A stretch of 64,000 bases of DNA, taken from positions 2,790,001-2,854,000 of the forward strand of contig CDLV01000005.1 of NCBI GenBank assembly GCA_001244265.2, in the 5' to 3' direction. This document shows positions 60,849 through 64,000 of this stretch, in pieces; the first letter of the stretch is position 1; the number at the start of each line of letters is the position of its first letter. The notes beneath the pieces were generated by a model that saw nothing but the letters and a program-made list of their open reading frames with translations, had not been told where the DNA came from and did no database searches. The translations under genes were made by a program, and so were the position numbers. The stretch is from Microbotryum violaceum. Its lineage: Eukaryota.

Positions 60849-63068
60849 AGGACCCCCGAAAGCCCAGCCAGAGGCGCATGCGGAAAAACGCCCTTTTTTG
60901 GCCTTTTTGTCAAAGGTTTTTTACCCTATTTTGGCCCCATAATGTCGAAACTTCGCATGCGCCTCGGAAATATTATCAAAATGTGTTCTATATGCTCCAA
61001 AAATCGCTCAAAAGTCCTCGAAAACGCGTTCCGAGCGTTTGCGGGCGCGCGGCGGCCTATCGAAAGTGGCTTGCGGCGCGCGTCGCTTCGGCTGGTGTTG
61101 CGCGTGGCTCCAGGCTTCAAACAAGCCTTCCTTGCTTTGCTGGCTGGCTCGCTGCTTCGTTGTCAGACTTCCTTTTTGCTGAAGTTGAGCTCCTTGTTTC
61201 CGAGGTGGCATTCGTGCGGCTTGTAGAGGTTCTGCGGGCGGCATCTCGCAGGCCGGGCACGCTCCGAAGGTGGCAAACCTTTGCTCGGCATGTGCGCTCG
61301 TGCTGATTAGGCGCTCGTCCGGGTAACATGAGGTAAGGTCCGTGGTTGAACGATATGTAGTCGTTGACGGGCCTAACGACTCGATGACCTGTCGACCATC
61401 AATCATGCGGAACGGCATAGTGCCATCAATGAGGTGTGTGGAATAGCATGTTTTCTTGATGAGGCGAAACTCCTGTACGACGACATTTGAGAGTAGAACC
61501 AACGAGGCGAGCGTGTCTTGGTTGCAGTGATTTGTTGTCACTTTGCTGTAGATGTATCGCACTGTAGGACACAAGACTTGTGTCAAACGAGAACTTCACA
61601 GCTCAACTGCCACTCAAAACAACGTACCAATTCCGATAGACAGCGCTTCTTCTCCATAAACGGTTTGATCGCAGCTGAGTGAATGCATGCCACGCTTGGG
61701 GCCAAAGCAGATCAGAGATCCAATCTCCAATGGTGTGGCAGCGGTTACAGCTCCGTCAAGCGATCCAAAATGAGGATAGCGTTGTGCTAGCGCTCCATAC
61801 TGCTTGTCTCTCTCAGGGAGCTTTTCCTAAAAGTATAGGACCGGCAAAACATTAGAGCCAGTTGCCATCGTTCCTAACTCAGCAACAACTCACTTGAATG
61901 CGGCCATCCTCAGTATAGGCGTTCTTCTGAATGTCGGCGTTTGTTGTGAGCGCTCAGGCCCTGGCCACCTCCAGTCCAGCGAAAGCTCCTCGTCGTGCCC
62001 GCCATGTCTTCGCAGCGAGATGGTCCCATGGACTGTACCAACCCTTTCAAGACGCATGAATGTGCTGTACTGCGTCCTTACCCCTACGCCTGCCTCTCCG
62101 CGAGTTGGGTCGCTCGATTCCATTGGCCTCCCTTGAGTAGAACAGCTTGAGGTGGCTACACTTATGAGCAGCTTGATGGGCAACCAGGTTAGCCAGTTCA
62201 GCGAGAAATTGGTATCGCGAGCATCGACAACTTGAGGTGGAAGTTTCAAGTGTGTGGGCTGTGTAGAACCAAACACGCGTGAGCTTAGACCAAAATTTCG
62301 ATAGTTGAGCTTGGTAGACGCACGATTGGTCGTGAAAAGCTGTTTGCCTTCTCAACGGCCTCAAGTAGATGATAAGGTCGAGTACTGGGTGTGCTCGTCT
62401 TTGGACAACTCGATGTGAAGAGACGCGTCGGCGGAGCGACATCGAAGGCGAGGAGCTCGGCGATCGTCATGTTCATGTTGGTGAGCGGCGATAATCAATC
62501 GAAGGCATCGTTCAAGGCCTGCATGGGATGATGTTGTCGTGCTATGCTCAATCTCGGACCGAAGTGAAGCGGAACGGAACCTGCGCCCATTTTATTTATT
62601 TATTTGTCCTTTCGGTGGAATGGGAAAGATTCAACTCGACGCGAAGTCAAATTAGGTTGTGGATGTAAAGTTTGCAACTAGCAAATGACCTAAGCTCGGT
62701 TATAAACCTCACTGCTATACCCTTTCAATATCTAATCGGCCTAATTCCTCACAGCCACTTAACTCAAGTGATTACCGAAGATGGCTAGTACTAAGTGAGT
62801 TGTTCAAGCGCGAGCATCGCGAAACGCATCTCGAAGCGAAGGCAAACGGGCCCAAAGTCGGGCCCGTAGGCTGCTCAGGGTAGGCCAAAATTGGGCCGAC
62901 TAATGGGAAAATGTCAAAATCTAGACATGCGCCTCGGGGGCGAAACGTGTGTTTCGGCCCAAAATGTCAATTTTTTGCAATGCGCCTCGACGATTTTCAG
63001 GATTTTGGGCCCTCAAAATGTCAAAAAAAAAAAAAAAATGCGCCTCCGGCTGGGCTTTCGGGGGTCCT
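60849..63068. mobile_element. Non-autonomous TIR DNA transposon (2.2 kb) with 8-bp TSD and a SWIM-like remnant (MULE- or Zisupton/KDZ-related)
   Basis: 31-bp TIRs AGGACCCCCGAAAGCCCAGCCAGAGGCGCAT / ATGCGCCTCCGGCTGGGCTTTCGGGGGTCCT (30/31). TSD AGCCCGCC at 60841-60848 and 63069-63076. Subterminal ATGCGCCTC repeats. Minus-strand CRCSRYQF...KCSHL near 62150-62230. Confidence 0.85.
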
Positions 63069-63170
63069 AGCCCGCCAGAGCCCGTCGATCCGTGCCAGCC
63101 CCTCGACGCGTCGTCGGAGTGCTTGACTTCGCGCCGATTCACCGTCAACCAGCGCACCAGGTCGCGCAAC

Positions 63171-64000
63171 ATGTACGCCGGCAAAAGAGCGCCTCTCTCC
63201 TCGAGGTCGCTCAACAATAACACCAAGAACTCGGGCGCGTCCACGTCATCCTCCTCGGTTGCAGGAGGTGCGGGGGTCGTCGCGGTCAAAGGCGAGGTGA
63301 CGCGTCATTCGGTGCGCTCGGCGAAATACCCGCATCGACTCAACTTCTACGAAAGACCACCGCAGGAGGAGATCACGATCGAGCAGTTTGAAGAATGGGC
63401 TATCGACCGTCTGAGGCGTACGTACCTTGCGTCTCTTCTTTGGTGTAGGGGCGTATGCCGCTTCGCGTGCGACATGGAAGCGCGCCTCGACGCGTCGAGC
63501 AGCCACGGCGAGGCCATGCCGTTCATCCCCGCTGATCGTCTGCCATCCCCCAACAGTACTCGCCAACATTGAAGCCGCTCAAGCACGTAACAAGTCGCAC
63601 GACGATATCCGCCAGCTTGTGCTCGAACGCAGCAAAGCGCATTTGCCCCTGTCGGGCGATTCTATCAAATCGGCCGACGTCGAGATGGAGCGTAAGAAGG
63701 ATCTCTACTCGCACTTTGTCCTTCGTTTGGCCTTCTGTCGCTCGTGAGTCAGGATCGTTGAGCGGCTACATGCGCTGGAATGTTACTCATCGCGTGGATC
63801 GAGATATTATCTTCTTTAGGGAGGAACTGAGGCAGCGCTTCCTCAGAGTCGAGACCGTACTCTTCAAGATCCGCTACGAATCCGATGATGTCGAGGACCG
63901 ACGGAGCTTCATCGACTCGCTCAACTTTGGCTGGGATGTCGTTGGGCAAGAGGAGAAGATGACGCTGAAGAAAGAGTTGGCCAATGCGAGTTGGATGAAG
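63171..64000 (+). CDS. PRI2: DNA primase large subunit (5' part; runs off the window)
   Basis: YPHRLNFYERPP..EITIEQFEEWAIDRLR|VL, RKKDLYSHFVLRLAFCRS|EELR.RF...ET.LFKIRY. Confidence 0.95.

Overview
Intron-rich fungal genomic DNA, most likely a basidiomycete yeast of the Pucciniomycotina/Microbotryomycetes type (inferred from GC content, intron style and gene content). The housekeeping genes are two tandem ABCC transporters, a LigB/DODA dioxygenase, INO1, NADH-cytochrome b5 reductase, a mitochondrial carrier, BCKDH E2, coronin, CK2 alpha, a ubiquitin E2, RAD7, CRIPT, DBP3, a GH15 glucoamylase, three tandem CFEM-like GPI proteins and the start of PRI2. Several decayed mobile elements are interspersed: a TIR element with a palindromic subterminal array, a full-length Ty1/copia element with a MITE nested in its 5' LTR, and a TIR element with an 8-bp TSD. 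The most unusual feature is a ~2.9-kb locus (42771-45630) between the divergently transcribed RAD7 and CRIPT genes. It is built from four long inverted repeats: one stand-alone hairpin, then two hairpins in series enclosed by an outer inverted repeat. The arms are fragments of different selfish elements (KDZ-transposase-like, copia gag-like and an unidentified ORF). This layout suggests a multi-target hairpin-RNA/siRNA 'memory' locus, which is an inference and is untested. The ABC paralogs also show clear patchwork gene conversion. Gene boundaries were inferred by eye from splice signals and protein motifs; no database searches were run.
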